Source: Escherichia phage vB_EcoM_FB
Direction: 5' to 3' (one strand)
Sequence record: MT682711.1
DNA length: 64,000 nt
This document shows, in pieces, positions 17,224 to 28,235 of the stretch. Each line of letters begins with the position of its first letter. Position 1 is the stretch's first letter. The position numbers and the translations under genes are program-made. The notes under the pieces were generated by a model. It was given only the letters and a program-made list of their open reading frames with translations. It was not told the origin of the DNA and did not search any database.

Positions 17224-19182
17224 ATGGCTACTCCTACGAATTACCAATTAACAAGAACCGTTAACGCTATCCCAAAAGTATTTGTGGGAGCTACGTTTGA
17301 AGAGATTAAAAAGAATATTATTGATTGGCTTTCTAGCCAGGACGAATTTAAGGATTACGATTTCGTTGGTTCGCGAATGAATATCCTGATTGACATGTTA
17401 GCTTACAACACCCTGTATATGCAGCAGTTTGCTAATACCGCGGTATATGAATCTTTCATCGGTACCGCTAACTTGCGTTCCTCCGTCGTCCAGGCTGCAC
17501 AGGATAACGGCTATTTGCCAAGTTCTAAATCAGCAGCCAAAACAAGTATCATGTTGACCTGTACCCAAGCCCTGAATGAAAAGAATATTCGTATCCCGCG
17601 TGGTACTAAATTCTTGGCCTATGCCCGTGATACTTCAGCAGACCCGTATGCTTTTGTTACCACGGAAAACGTTATTGCCGTACGTGATGTTAATAACCAA
17701 TATCTTCCTATCGTATCTTTAGCACAAGGTCGTATTATCCGTACTGAACTTAAGTATGACCCTAAAACTCCTATTCTTATTCGTGACCCGGATATTGATA
17801 GACAGGAAGTTAAACTTTATGTCGATGGCGCAGAATGGACTAACTGGACTAATAAATCCATGGTTCATGCTGGTAGTACATCAACAATTTACTATATGCG
17901 TGAAACCGTAGATGGTAATACTGAATTCTTCTTTGGTGAAGGTGTTGCTGAAAAATCAGTTGCAGGTGGGGTATTAGAAGCTAATTATATTGGTGGTTTA
18001 AAACCTGTTAAAGATGCTACCATTGTTATAGAATACCTTCGTACAGATGGTGAAGTTGCTAACGGGGCAGTGGACTTTAGTTATGCGGATTCTTTGGCAT
18101 ATATTACGGTTGAAAAAATTACAGAAAACTACGATGAAAACCCGGATTATGTAGGTGCTGACGGTGGTGGTGACCCTGAAGATATTGAACGTATTCGTGA
18201 ACTTGCTGTAGTTAAACGTGAAGCCCAGATGCGTGCTGTAACCGGTACAGATTATGATACATTCGTTTCGGAGCGATTTGGTTCTATTGTACAAGCAGTA
18301 CAAACCTTTACAGACCCAAATAAACCAGGTTATGCCTTTGTTACCATTAAACCTAAATCAGGATTGTATTTGACTGCGGTTCAACGCGAAGATATCCAAA
18401 ATTATCTTTCAGAATTTAACTTGGCACCTATTACCCCTTCGGTTATTTCTCCTGACTACTTGTTCTTGAAGCATAAAATTAAGGTTTCATATGCACTGAA
18501 CAAATTACAGGAATCCGAACAATGGTTAACGGCTCAAATCCTTTCCCAAATAGACCGTTATTATATTAACGAAGTTGAAATATTCAACCACGGATTTGCC
18601 AAGTCTAAAATGCTGACTTATATTGATAATGCAGACCACAGTATCCTTGGCTCTTCGGCTACGGTAACAATGGTTCGCGAGGTATTAAACTTCTTCAAAA
18701 CACCTGAAGCGGGTATTAAATACTATAATCAATACACCAACCGTTCTGTAACTTCTAGTGAATTTGAGTTCGTCCCAACAAACGTATCGGATGTTGTTAA
18801 ATCTTACAACGTACGTATTGTTGCCACAGATAAAGACGAACGAGGCGATGGTAAAATGGTTATAGGTCCTTTCCGACCTGGCGATGTAATTGAAAACCAA
18901 TACATCCAACCTTACACCGGAGATGACTTTGATAAAATGGCAGCGCCTGCAGACCAATCAGTCTACTATGTTATTGGCGAAATTGATTATTACTCAGATT
19001 TTATTTTCTGGGATATTGCCGCAATAGGCCTTACTTCCGACCGTTTTGAAGTCCAGTCTATTGAACTGTATGCAGGGCCAGACCAAGACAACATCTTTAC
19101 CAAAGACGGTTCTTTAATCGTATTTGAAGATGACCTTCGTCCTCAGTACACAACTATAGAGTTGGAACCAATTACAATATAA
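17224..19182 (+). CDS. 6: baseplate wedge protein gp6
   Basis: N-terminus M..NYQLTRT.NAIP..FVG.TF.EIK and LRSSVVQAAQDNGYLP match T4 gp6 as recalled; 652 aa. Confidence 0.85.
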   Translation: MATPTNYQLTRTVNAIPKVFVGATFEEIKKNIIDWLSSQDEFKDYDFVGSRMNILIDMLAYNTLYMQQFANTAVYESFIGTANLRSSVVQAAQDNGYLPSSKSAAKTSIMLTCTQALNEKNIRIPRGTKFLAYARDTSADPYAFVTTENVIAVRDVNNQYLPIVSLAQGRIIRTELKYDPKTPILIRDPDIDRQEVKLYVDGAEWTNWTNKSMVHAGSTSTIYYMRETVDGNTEFFFGEGVAEKSVAGGVLEANYIGGLKPVKDATIVIEYLRTDGEVANGAVDFSYADSLAYITVEKITENYDENPDYVGADGGGDPEDIERIRELAVVKREAQMRAVTGTDYDTFVSERFGSIVQAVQTFTDPNKPGYAFVTIKPKSGLYLTAVQREDIQNYLSEFNLAPITPSVISPDYLFLKHKIKVSYALNKLQESEQWLTAQILSQIDRYYINEVEIFNHGFAKSKMLTYIDNADHSILGSSATVTMVREVLNFFKTPEAGIKYYNQYTNRSVTSSEFEFVPTNVSDVVKSYNVRIVATDKDERGDGKMVIGPFRPGDVIENQYIQPYTGDDFDKMAAPADQSVYYVIGEIDYYSDFIFWDIAAIGLTSDRFEVQSIELYAGPDQDNIFTKDGSLIVFEDDLRPQYTTIELEPITI

Positions 19183-19209
19183 GCCTCTTCGGAGGTTTAA
19201 GGAGATTTA

Positions 19210-22200
19210 ATGTCTGTACAAGCGCCTTATGTTACTAGTCTGAGAATTGATAAACTCTCGGCCAACCATGTGAGCATTCTTTGGGATGACGTAGGCGCCA
19301 ACTTCTATTATTTCGTAGAACTGGCCCAAACGAAGGATGCGGGTGTAGAAATTCCCGACGATAGATTATTTTGGAGAAATTTAGGTTACACCCCTAATAA
19401 CGAATGGTTTGAAGAGGCATTCATTTCTCCTAATTCATTTTATAAAATGCGAGTTGCGGTGGCCGCCCAGGGGTTTGAGCAGTCTGAATGGGTTTACACT
19501 GAAGAATTTGAAACTTTCTCTACCAACGCATATACATTTGAGCATATGCGCGAATTCGCGTTGTCTAATAAATTTATTGAAGAAAAATTCACAAAAAATA
19601 ATCAGAATTATGTGAACTTTAATACTGACGCCATTATGGCTTCTTTGATGAGTGAAGATTTTAACTTTACGCCAGCGTATTCGCATTTGTCATCTATATC
19701 AAATTATGTTTTAAAAGCCGACCGTTTCCATGAAATCCAAGGAAGCATCCAAGCGGTTTGTAAAGACCCTAAACGTTCTATTTTAATGGAACTTGGTGGT
19801 GTACTTTACCTTTTAGAAAGATTCCAAAGTACCGCTAAGGTTTCTAATGATAAAGGGCAGAACTGGCATTATATCCGTTTGTTTAATGACCGAGTAGGTA
19901 ACCCTGTTTCGCGTACAGCACATTACCAAACTGAAACTACTACGTATGTTCTAGGTTATGACCAAATATTTTACGGACGTAAATCAAGTGATATTCGTTG
20001 GTCTGCCGACGATGTCCGTTTTAGCTCTCAAGATGTAACATTTGCTAAAATAGGTAGTGATATCGACCTTCCATTTGAAATCGAGATATTTGGTTCTTAT
20101 GCAAAACTTCCTTTGCCTATTTCCACTATTGCTGAAGCTATATGCGCTTCTGACGATTTCATTTATGTTGCAGGTAGAGACAGAGTTTATAAAGCAAAAA
20201 CATCTGAGGCTCCTATAGACACCGACCCTAGTTCTCCGACTTATGGAGAGAAGATATTTGAAAGCGGATATTCAACTATCACAGGGAACCCTAAAGCAGT
20301 TTGTTATAAATTAGATTCTATCCAAGGCCGTACATTTGCTTTAATTACAGGTGAAGTTAAAGAAGAAAAAATGGACCCTACGGTCGAATCCAATGTGGTT
20401 GATTCTGAATCCAAAGGTGTTTATTGGTTAGACACTTCAACTGATACATGGACTCGTGTATTTGGAAACACCGAAGAAGAACGTCGTCGTATAGAGCATG
20501 GGTATACCAGCATGTCTACCGACGGAGAGGAATTATTTTTCAGTTCAAGCAACTTTAGATATGAAGTAGAGGTTGATTCTGAGCTTCCTTTGGAATACCC
20601 TGAAATTGTCACCTCCGCCGTTAAATATGTTAAAGATGAACAATGGATTCACGATAAACATTATTTGATGATGAGTTTTAGGTCTAACTCTAAATCCGAT
20701 TTCAAAGAATTTAAACCTGGGCGTATGGCTTATTATGCCGAACCATTCTTTAGTTGGTCTCGACGCGATGGAACCCGTTCATGGATTACCACCGGTGACC
20801 ATGCGATGGTTGTTTATAACGATGCTTTATACCAGAAAATTATCGACCTGAACAGTGGTTCTTCACCTGAACGTATTGTTCATGAGATTTGGAATAAAGG
20901 TTTTTGTAAAGTCACATCTCCTAATATAGAGTTCAACGGCTTTAAGAAATATTCTTCTGGAATGATGATTCACAAATCTACAGGTGAATTGGTTGGATAT
21001 TTTGAATTCGACTATCGTGTACGCGATGAAGTCCGTGTTATTTGGAAGCCTAAAGAAATTATGTTTACGGCTGAATTGCAAAACCAAGAACATGAAATCC
21101 CGTGGAAACCTAAAGAGGAAGTTGGTGAGCAAGACCCGGACCTCCAGCCTTTACTGGTTAAAATGATTCCAGATAGTTATTTGCTTCAAGATAGCAACTT
21201 TGAAAAATTCTGTGAATACTATCTCCAATTTATTAGTGATGGCTCAGGTACACACTATAATAATTTGTTGAATCTTATTCGTAACCAATACCCACGTGAA
21301 GAAGATTCATGGGAATATTTGTGGTCGGAAATCTATAAGCGTAATATCTATTTGTCGAAAGAAAAACGCGACGAAGTAGTTCGTTTTTTCCAGGCGCGCC
21401 AAACCGATTTTTGGTCTACAAAAGGTACCGAAGCTTCATATAAATTCCTGTTTAAATTGCTTTACAATGAAGATGTAGAAATTGATATCGAGTCCAAGAA
21501 CTCTATCGAATATGATATCATCGTAGAATCTGATAATATCAGTGAAGATATCGTAGGCCAAACGATTTATACTCCTACAGGTCGTAGTAATGTTACTTAT
21601 ATAGAACGAAATTACAAAGATGGTAAACTGCAATGGCGTTTAACCATTCATAATCTTTTAGGTCGTTTTATAGTCGGACAGGAAATTAAATCTGAACGTA
21701 CTTCGTTCAAGGGTATGATTGTTCAGGGCGTACGTGGTAAAGAGCTTTTGAGTAACAATATCGACTATATCAACCGTAACCGTTCTTATTATGTGATGAC
21801 CATTAAGTCTAATCTCCCTACTTCTCGTTATCGCAACGATGTTTTGAGATTTGTTCATCCAGTAGGTTTCGGCTTTGTAGGTATAACTTTGCTTTCTATG
21901 TTCGTTAACGTAGGTTTAACGCTAAAACATACAGAAACTATTATTAATATCCTTAAGAACTACAAATGGGACTCAGGTTTGCCATCTGAATGGTATGATA
22001 GAGTTGCTGTAATAGGTTTTGATGGTAATATAGAACGAGACCCTAGAACAGGACTTCCGGTTTATAACGTTGGACCTAAAGCAGGAGAACCGTTTGATAT
22101 CCCTGCAGATTATGATGCGGAAAATGATTTCTCTGTATTCCAAGGTCAATTACCACACGAACGTATTAAAAAGCATAGTCCATTGTTTGACCAAAGTGCT

Positions 22201-22305
22201 GTGACCTTTGCCAATTGGCGTGCACTGGTTGATAAGCGTCTTAAAGACGATATTGGAAATCCTAGAGACCCTAAAGTTCCAACTCAGGTAAAAATTAATG
22301 ATTAA
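19210..22305 (+). CDS. 7: baseplate wedge initiator gp7
   Basis: 1031 aa; long collinear matches to T4 gp7 (SLRI.KLSAN, NPKAVCYK.DSI, GNPRDP..PTQVKI). Confidence 0.9.
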   Translation: MSVQAPYVTSLRIDKLSANHVSILWDDVGANFYYFVELAQTKDAGVEIPDDRLFWRNLGYTPNNEWFEEAFISPNSFYKMRVAVAAQGFEQSEWVYTEEFETFSTNAYTFEHMREFALSNKFIEEKFTKNNQNYVNFNTDAIMASLMSEDFNFTPAYSHLSSISNYVLKADRFHEIQGSIQAVCKDPKRSILMELGGVLYLLERFQSTAKVSNDKGQNWHYIRLFNDRVGNPVSRTAHYQTETTTYVLGYDQIFYGRKSSDIRWSADDVRFSSQDVTFAKIGSDIDLPFEIEIFGSYAKLPLPISTIAEAICASDDFIYVAGRDRVYKAKTSEAPIDTDPSSPTYGEKIFESGYSTITGNPKAVCYKLDSIQGRTFALITGEVKEEKMDPTVESNVVDSESKGVYWLDTSTDTWTRVFGNTEEERRRIEHGYTSMSTDGEELFFSSSNFRYEVEVDSELPLEYPEIVTSAVKYVKDEQWIHDKHYLMMSFRSNSKSDFKEFKPGRMAYYAEPFFSWSRRDGTRSWITTGDHAMVVYNDALYQKIIDLNSGSSPERIVHEIWNKGFCKVTSPNIEFNGFKKYSSGMMIHKSTGELVGYFEFDYRVRDEVRVIWKPKEIMFTAELQNQEHEIPWKPKEEVGEQDPDLQPLLVKMIPDSYLLQDSNFEKFCEYYLQFISDGSGTHYNNLLNLIRNQYPREEDSWEYLWSEIYKRNIYLSKEKRDEVVRFFQARQTDFWSTKGTEASYKFLFKLLYNEDVEIDIESKNSIEYDIIVESDNISEDIVGQTIYTPTGRSNVTYIERNYKDGKLQWRLTIHNLLGRFIVGQEIKSERTSFKGMIVQGVRGKELLSNNIDYINRNRSYYVMTIKSNLPTSRYRNDVLRFVHPVGFGFVGITLLSMFVNVGLTLKHTETIINILKNYKWDSGLPSEWYDRVAVIGFDGNIERDPRTGLPVYNVGPKAGEPFDIPADYDAENDFSVFQGQLPHERIKKHSPLFDQSAVTFANWRALVDKRLKDDIGNPRDPKVPTQVKIND

Positions 22306-23302
22306 TTCTACAGTAGTTTATCGTTCTATTGTTACTTCAAAATTTAGAACGGAAAAAATGTACAACTTTTACAGAACAATAGGTGATGGTGAAGACCAGA
22401 ACACCATGTATGTATCTTTCGGAAGGGCCCGACCATGGGCCGATAACGAAAACGACCCAGGTTTTGCCCCGCCATATCCTGTAGATGATTCTGAAGGCGT
22501 AGAAGACGTCTGGACAAACATGATGGGATGCGTTAAGGTTTATAAGAGCATGTTGGATTGTGTTGTCCCGCGCAAAGACTGGGGCGATACCTCTTATCCT
22601 AATCCGTTTACTTTCCAGATTGGTGAAATTGTAGTGGCGAACAGCCAGCCGCAAAACCGTACTGATGTCGGTGCCGGGTGGATGGTTTATCGTTGTGTAG
22701 ATATCCCAGAATCAGGTACATGTTCTATTTTGTCCCTTGATAATAAAACTGAGTGTATTAAACTTGGTGGTAAATGGACCTCAAATGTACAGTCGGTTAA
22801 AGCTCCAGCAGGTCAAGGTGATACGGAAGGTATGGTTGATACGGGTGATGGGTATCTCTGGGAATATTTGTATGAGATTCCACCTGATGTAAGTATTAAC
22901 CGTTGCACTAATGAATATATCGTGGTTCCATGGCCAGAAGAAATTGCCGAAGACCCGGAACGTTGGGGATACGAGAATAACCTTACTTGGCAGCAAGACG
23001 ATTATGGATTGATTTATCGTATTAAAGGCAATACCATTCGTTTTAAAGCATTCTTAGATTCAGTTTACTTCCCTGAATTTAGTCTTCCTGGTAACAAAGG
23101 ATTTAGACAGCTTTCGATAATCTCTAATCCATTAGAAGCTAAAGCTCACCCATCCGATCCGATCATTAAAGCCGAAAAAGAGTACTATGATGTTATAGAC
23201 CTCTCCCGCCATTCAGGTGAAATGATTTATATGGAAAACCGTCCTCCGGTTATTCGTTCCATGGACCAAACAGAAGAAATTAACATTATCTTCGAATTCT
23301 AA
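22298..23302 (+). CDS. 8: baseplate wedge protein gp8
   Basis: 334 aa, same length as T4 gp8; motifs IVTSKFRTEKM, RCTNEYIVVPWPEE, GEMIYMENRPP. Confidence 0.9.
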   Translation: MINSTVVYRSIVTSKFRTEKMYNFYRTIGDGEDQNTMYVSFGRARPWADNENDPGFAPPYPVDDSEGVEDVWTNMMGCVKVYKSMLDCVVPRKDWGDTSYPNPFTFQIGEIVVANSQPQNRTDVGAGWMVYRCVDIPESGTCSILSLDNKTECIKLGGKWTSNVQSVKAPAGQGDTEGMVDTGDGYLWEYLYEIPPDVSINRCTNEYIVVPWPEEIAEDPERWGYENNLTWQQDDYGLIYRIKGNTIRFKAFLDSVYFPEFSLPGNKGFRQLSIISNPLEAKAHPSDPIIKAEKEYYDVIDLSRHSGEMIYMENRPPVIRSMDQTEEINIIFEF

Positions 23303-23303
23303 T

Positions 23304-23327
23304 AAGGGCCGCAAGGCCCTTTCGGGT
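23304..23327 (+). terminator. rho-independent terminator after gene 8
   Basis: hairpin GGGCC-GCAA-GGCCC followed by TTTCGGGTTT. Confidence 0.55.
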
Positions 23328-23363
23328 TTAATAAATACAGTATATCAATAATGAGGCATACCT

Positions 23364-24224
23364 ATGATTAAGCAAACTGGTAAAGAACTAATTGACGTCG
23401 GTGAAATTGGTAATGCCAGCACCGGCGACATTCTTTATGATGGCGGTGTTAAACTGAACACTGACTTAAACAACATATATAATACTTTCGGCGACCAACG
23501 CAAAACTGCTTTAACTGGTGAATTAACCGGTCAGAAATTACACGCTACAGGTTATTATCAAAAATTTGGTGATATGGACCAAGCAAGCTCAGTAGATTTA
23601 GGCTCTTTGGTGGATATCGATGCTTCTACCGGTTCTATCGTATTAACCACTGTAAAAGGTGCAGTCGGTGAAGGAATCGAGATTATCAACTCTAACGGGA
23701 GTATTTCTTCCACTAATTATCTTGAAATCCGTATATTGGATACTTTTGCAAGCCATTCAACTTCGACTTTGCGTATCGTAACACCCTATACACGGGTTCT
23801 TTTATGGTGTGTATCGGATACAAACGGCGTTGCAGTATGGGATTATTCAATTGAAAGTATGTTTGGTGATAAACGAGTTCCATTAAATAAGACATATAAT
23901 ATATCTTCTGTCGCTCGTGATATTCCGGTGGTTTATTCCGGCCAGTATTCATTGGTCAAACTTTTAGTTACGGCAGTGAATGCCAACGAAACCATTTACA
24001 AAGCTTCAGAATATCTTGTGTTTATCGACAACCAAGCTAAAAAGATTTATTCCACCGAATACGCTGTTATTAAACGTGGGCAAACTTCAGATGATGACGA
24101 AATTTATTCCCTAGATTTTAAATTCGATACATCAAACTATATTATCGCGACCGCTTCTTCTGTCAATCCTATGAGGCTTGCAATTAAGGTCGTAGAAACC
24201 CAAACTATTGGAGTTCCAGTATAA
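23364..24224 (+). CDS. 9: baseplate long-tail-fibre socket gp9
   Basis: 286 aa (T4 288), synteny. Confidence 0.8.
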   Translation: MIKQTGKELIDVGEIGNASTGDILYDGGVKLNTDLNNIYNTFGDQRKTALTGELTGQKLHATGYYQKFGDMDQASSVDLGSLVDIDASTGSIVLTTVKGAVGEGIEIINSNGSISSTNYLEIRILDTFASHSTSTLRIVTPYTRVLLWCVSDTNGVAVWDYSIESMFGDKRVPLNKTYNISSVARDIPVVYSGQYSLVKLLVTAVNANETIYKASEYLVFIDNQAKKIYSTEYAVIKRGQTSDDDEIYSLDFKFDTSNYIIATASSVNPMRLAIKVVETQTIGVPV

Positions 24225-26035
24225 TGAAACAAGACTTAAAAGTAGGTTCCGCTGTTGATGACGGGTCCGGTGATTACCTGCGTGCAGGTGGTCTTAAAAT
24301 TAATAACAACTTCAATGAGCTTTATTACCAATTAGGTGATGGCAACAACCCTCATGCAGCAGGCGCTTGGAAACAGCATTCTACTGCAGATGGTGCTTTG
24401 TTGAACGCTGTAATGGGTCATAGCTATACCCTTAATACTCAAGGTGGGCGTATTAACGTTCAGCTTCCTAAAGGCTCTCCTGAAGAATATAACTTTGTTA
24501 TCCGTGTACGTGATGTGTATTCCTCATGGCAAGCTAACCCTGTAACCCTAATCCCTGCCACGGGTGATACCATTAAGGGTTCAGCTACTCAAGTAGAAAT
24601 TGCTCGCAACTTCTCGGACCTTGAATTAGTTTATTGTGCCCCAGGACGATGGGAATACGTTGAAAATAAGCAAGTAAACCGTATTCCAAATAACGACCTC
24701 GCTACTGTAGCAACTAAGCAGTTTATTGCCACTGAAGGCCAAACAGATTTTCTAGACATTTTCCCAGGGCTTTCTTATAACGTAGCAAGTTTAAGCGTTT
24801 CGCAACGTGGTAACAATTTGTTCTACGGTGTTGATGATATTTTTGATGCGGCTACTGCAGAGTTCGGTTCTCCGGGTGCTCAACCAGGCGAATTGGTTGC
24901 CTTGAATGGTAAAGACATCCGTTTAAAATATCCTTGTGAAGCAGGTGATACTGTTATTATCAAATCATATAATGACGGGCTTGCTCAATGGCGCAGTTCT
25001 TATAACCGCCGTGATATAACAATCCAAAGTTCAGAATTGACTAAAAACGTTTCTGTTCCTGGTTCTTCTTTCGTGGCTGATTTGAATACTTCGCATGTTA
25101 TATCGGCCGCAGATTTGAATATTTCTGTTAACAGCCCTATCAACCCAAATGCTTGTCAAGTCATGCTTAATAGCACATTACTTCATCAAGCGGGTACAGC
25201 AGGACTTCCTTCGTTTTATTGTGAAGGTGCTGATGGTCGTACTGCTACCGAGTGTTTTAATGCTGGTGGTCAATGGACCCAATCTAAATCAGATTATATT
25301 TTTAATTTGACTCCTGAAGACAAGATTGAATCTATTGAATTTGGACGTAACTTTGAACACGGCGATATTCTTACAGTAATTTGGTACAATAATGATATCG
25401 GTACCACCATGGAAATTGATGAGATTTTGGATTATACCAACAACATCTATATTTCTAAAGGGCCTTCTATCGATATAACAGGTCAAGTTCGTATCACTGA
25501 TGTAGATAATCCTTTTGCACCTAACGTTGAACCGGTCGCCGCGTCCAATATTACAATAGATACAGCAGCAACGTTTTTTGATTTGGTCTATCCAATAGGA
25601 ACCATCTATGAGAATACGGTGAACCCTAATAACCCTAAAACTTATATGGGCTTTGGTTCATGGAAGCGTTTATCTGATGTGTTCTTGGTAGGTTGGTCTC
25701 CAGACGCAGCTTCTTTGTTTAATGCAAATAATAACGATCTGGATTCTGCTGGTATTCCACAGTCAACTGCCGGTGGTACTGGTGGTGCTCATGTGGCTAA
25801 TTTGAAATATGAGAATATCCCTGAACTTAATACCGATGATAAAGTCCTTATTGCTGATAACGATGGCCCTATTTTTGTAGGTGGATGTTTAGTTGACCCT
25901 GATTCACAAGGACCGGCTTATACAAAATATCGTGAAGATAAAGCCAGTATTAATAAGGCTCAAGGAACCACTCCTATCCCGGTTAATACTCTACCACCAT
26001 ACTTAACTGTTCATCGCTGGATGAGGATTGCATAA
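24224..26035 (+). CDS. 10: baseplate wedge / tail pin gp10
   Basis: 603 aa (T4 602), synteny. Confidence 0.8.
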   Translation: MKQDLKVGSAVDDGSGDYLRAGGLKINNNFNELYYQLGDGNNPHAAGAWKQHSTADGALLNAVMGHSYTLNTQGGRINVQLPKGSPEEYNFVIRVRDVYSSWQANPVTLIPATGDTIKGSATQVEIARNFSDLELVYCAPGRWEYVENKQVNRIPNNDLATVATKQFIATEGQTDFLDIFPGLSYNVASLSVSQRGNNLFYGVDDIFDAATAEFGSPGAQPGELVALNGKDIRLKYPCEAGDTVIIKSYNDGLAQWRSSYNRRDITIQSSELTKNVSVPGSSFVADLNTSHVISAADLNISVNSPINPNACQVMLNSTLLHQAGTAGLPSFYCEGADGRTATECFNAGGQWTQSKSDYIFNLTPEDKIESIEFGRNFEHGDILTVIWYNNDIGTTMEIDEILDYTNNIYISKGPSIDITGQVRITDVDNPFAPNVEPVAASNITIDTAATFFDLVYPIGTIYENTVNPNNPKTYMGFGSWKRLSDVFLVGWSPDAASLFNANNNDLDSAGIPQSTAGGTGGAHVANLKYENIPELNTDDKVLIADNDGPIFVGGCLVDPDSQGPAYTKYREDKASINKAQGTTPIPVNTLPPYLTVHRWMRIA

Positions 26036-26700
26036 TGACTTTAACTGAAATGAAAAGCGGGTTAAAATCCCGCTTAGCCGATTATTTGGAATTATCTTAC
26101 ACTAGTGACAAGCCTACTGCTGTCGCTGACCAACGTCCTATCGGTGGGCCTTCTGCAAACCAAACCCAGAAGGGTGTTTATTTTCCTACAGTCCAAAGTG
26201 CAATAGATGATATTGCATTTAGAACAGAGCTTCCTGTGAACTCCGTTATTATTACCACAGAAAACAGAGCACCTGGATTTATTCAGCAATCTGATAAAAT
26301 TACATTTACCGGTTCTATTTCTTCAGGCGGTGAACTTGGCGACCCGGTTATTATTAAAGTGTTCGGACTTCCTGTAGAGGTCTTAGTTGGCGATTCATCT
26401 GTATTGGTTGCATCTAAAGTAAATGATGTGTTTTTAGACGCTATTGCTAATAGCTATATTTTAGCCGAAACTGCTATTGATGCCTTAGACCAATCTACCT
26501 TGAATATTAAATACAATGACTATCAGAATCATATTTTTTCACCATATAAACAATCGGGTTGTACAATTTCCCATACTATAGTCCAACAGCCAAGGGCTGG
26601 ATACGGTAAGTGGGAATACTTAGGTAACTCTACCCAATCGTTAGCAGGTGGTACAGTTAACGGCACGATTCCTTTATATTACTATAAGAGATTATATTAA
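26035..26700 (+). CDS. 11: baseplate wedge / short-fibre connector gp11
   Basis: 221 aa (T4 219), synteny. Confidence 0.8.
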   Translation: MTLTEMKSGLKSRLADYLELSYTSDKPTAVADQRPIGGPSANQTQKGVYFPTVQSAIDDIAFRTELPVNSVIITTENRAPGFIQQSDKITFTGSISSGGELGDPVIIKVFGLPVEVLVGDSSVLVASKVNDVFLDAIANSYILAETAIDALDQSTLNIKYNDYQNHIFSPYKQSGCTISHTIVQQPRAGYGKWEYLGNSTQSLAGGTVNGTIPLYYYKRLY

Positions 26701-28226
26701 TGTCAACAAACACACTAAAACACATTAGTGATAAATCGGAATTCAAATCATTCGACCCTACTGGGTCGAATTTCCCGCCTGATATTACTAATGTTCAAGA
26801 AGCATTGGCAACTATTTCATTAATCGGCGTCACAGGTAATGTTCCTTCAGCTACAGAAACGTCCCAAGGCATTATTCGTCTTGCCACAACACAAGAAGTA
26901 ATGGATGGTCTGGATGCTTATAGTGCAGTGACACCGGCAACTTTAAAAGCCCGTTTAGATATTCCTACTCAGGCAACAGAAACTTATGTAGGTATCACCC
27001 GTTATGCTACTAATGCTGAAGCTATAGCAGGCACAGAGCCCCAGGCTGCAATCGTAGCAACCTCTTTGAAAGCGGTAATGGATTATACATTTGAGAACCG
27101 TTTATCAACAGAGAACGCCACAGGCGTTATCAAGATTTCAACTACACCTGCCGCATTAGCTGGTACCGATGATACCACAGCAATGACCCCACTTAAAGTA
27201 TCTCAGGCAATTGGTGCAGCGACGGCCGCGTTACCGGTTTATTCTACAGCAACGACTACAAATGAAGGTTTAGTTCGTTTAGCGACCAATGCAGAGGTTG
27301 GTAATGGAAGTCTTTCGGTAGGTATCGCTATTTCTCCGGCAGGATTAGCCACATTAACTTCCACCGAAGAACGAAGCGGTATTATTAAACTCGCAGGTTG
27401 GGATATGGTATCTAATGGTACCGACCATACCGCCGCAGTTACACCGGCTTCTTTGTTAGCTCGTACAGGTAATACTGGACGTATTGGGTTGGTTCGTTTA
27501 TCTACTACTGTAGGCCAAGGCGATGGTAATACGGCGCTGGCTTATAATGCTAACGTTATTTCTACTTCAGGCGGCGAAATATGGGGTACTTTAAACGTTA
27601 ATGGAGCATTACGTCGTAATGGTGTTGATGTTGTTACCCATGACCAATTATCAGATAGCGTTCCGGTGGGTACTATTTGCATGTGGGGTGGCAATGAAGG
27701 TAATATACCTGGTAAATGGCGTGCTTGTGTAGGTGGGACTTACACTGGTGGTGCATATTTAAATGCTGTTGGCGGGCGTTGGGGATGGTGGGGTGCTATT
27801 CCAGATTTCCGTGGATTATATCCTCGTGGCGCTAACATGGTCGGTGGATATTCTGAAGGCGAAGTTAACCCGCATATTGCCGGTAACCGAGGAGAAGACG
27901 GTAAAGGTAAAGCCCGTTTAGGTAATGGTGTTGGTTCTTTCCCGCAATCTTCCGTTCAAGCCCAAGCATTACGTTATCATAAACATGCTGGTGGTTTTGG
28001 TGAACATGATAACTATGGCGCTTTTGGTAACACCGCTAACTCCGGATATGTTGGTACTCGTAAAGGCCTTGACTGGGATAACCGTAGTTATTATACCAAC
28101 GAAGGTTTTGAGACCACCGATCCTTGGAACCGTGATGGACATACCACATTGAATAGTGAAGGTCTTATTGCCAACGAAACACGTCCATGGACAATGTCCG
28201 TTCTTTTTATTATTAAAGTAGAATAA
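26700..28226 (+). CDS. 12: short tail fibre gp12
   Basis: 508 aa; repetitive Thr/Ala/Gly-rich shaft; synteny. Confidence 0.8.
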   Translation: MSTNTLKHISDKSEFKSFDPTGSNFPPDITNVQEALATISLIGVTGNVPSATETSQGIIRLATTQEVMDGLDAYSAVTPATLKARLDIPTQATETYVGITRYATNAEAIAGTEPQAAIVATSLKAVMDYTFENRLSTENATGVIKISTTPAALAGTDDTTAMTPLKVSQAIGAATAALPVYSTATTTNEGLVRLATNAEVGNGSLSVGIAISPAGLATLTSTEERSGIIKLAGWDMVSNGTDHTAAVTPASLLARTGNTGRIGLVRLSTTVGQGDGNTALAYNANVISTSGGEIWGTLNVNGALRRNGVDVVTHDQLSDSVPVGTICMWGGNEGNIPGKWRACVGGTYTGGAYLNAVGGRWGWWGAIPDFRGLYPRGANMVGGYSEGEVNPHIAGNRGEDGKGKARLGNGVGSFPQSSVQAQALRYHKHAGGFGEHDNYGAFGNTANSGYVGTRKGLDWDNRSYYTNEGFETTDPWNRDGHTTLNSEGLIANETRPWTMSVLFIIKVE

Positions 28227-28235
28227 GGGTAAAAA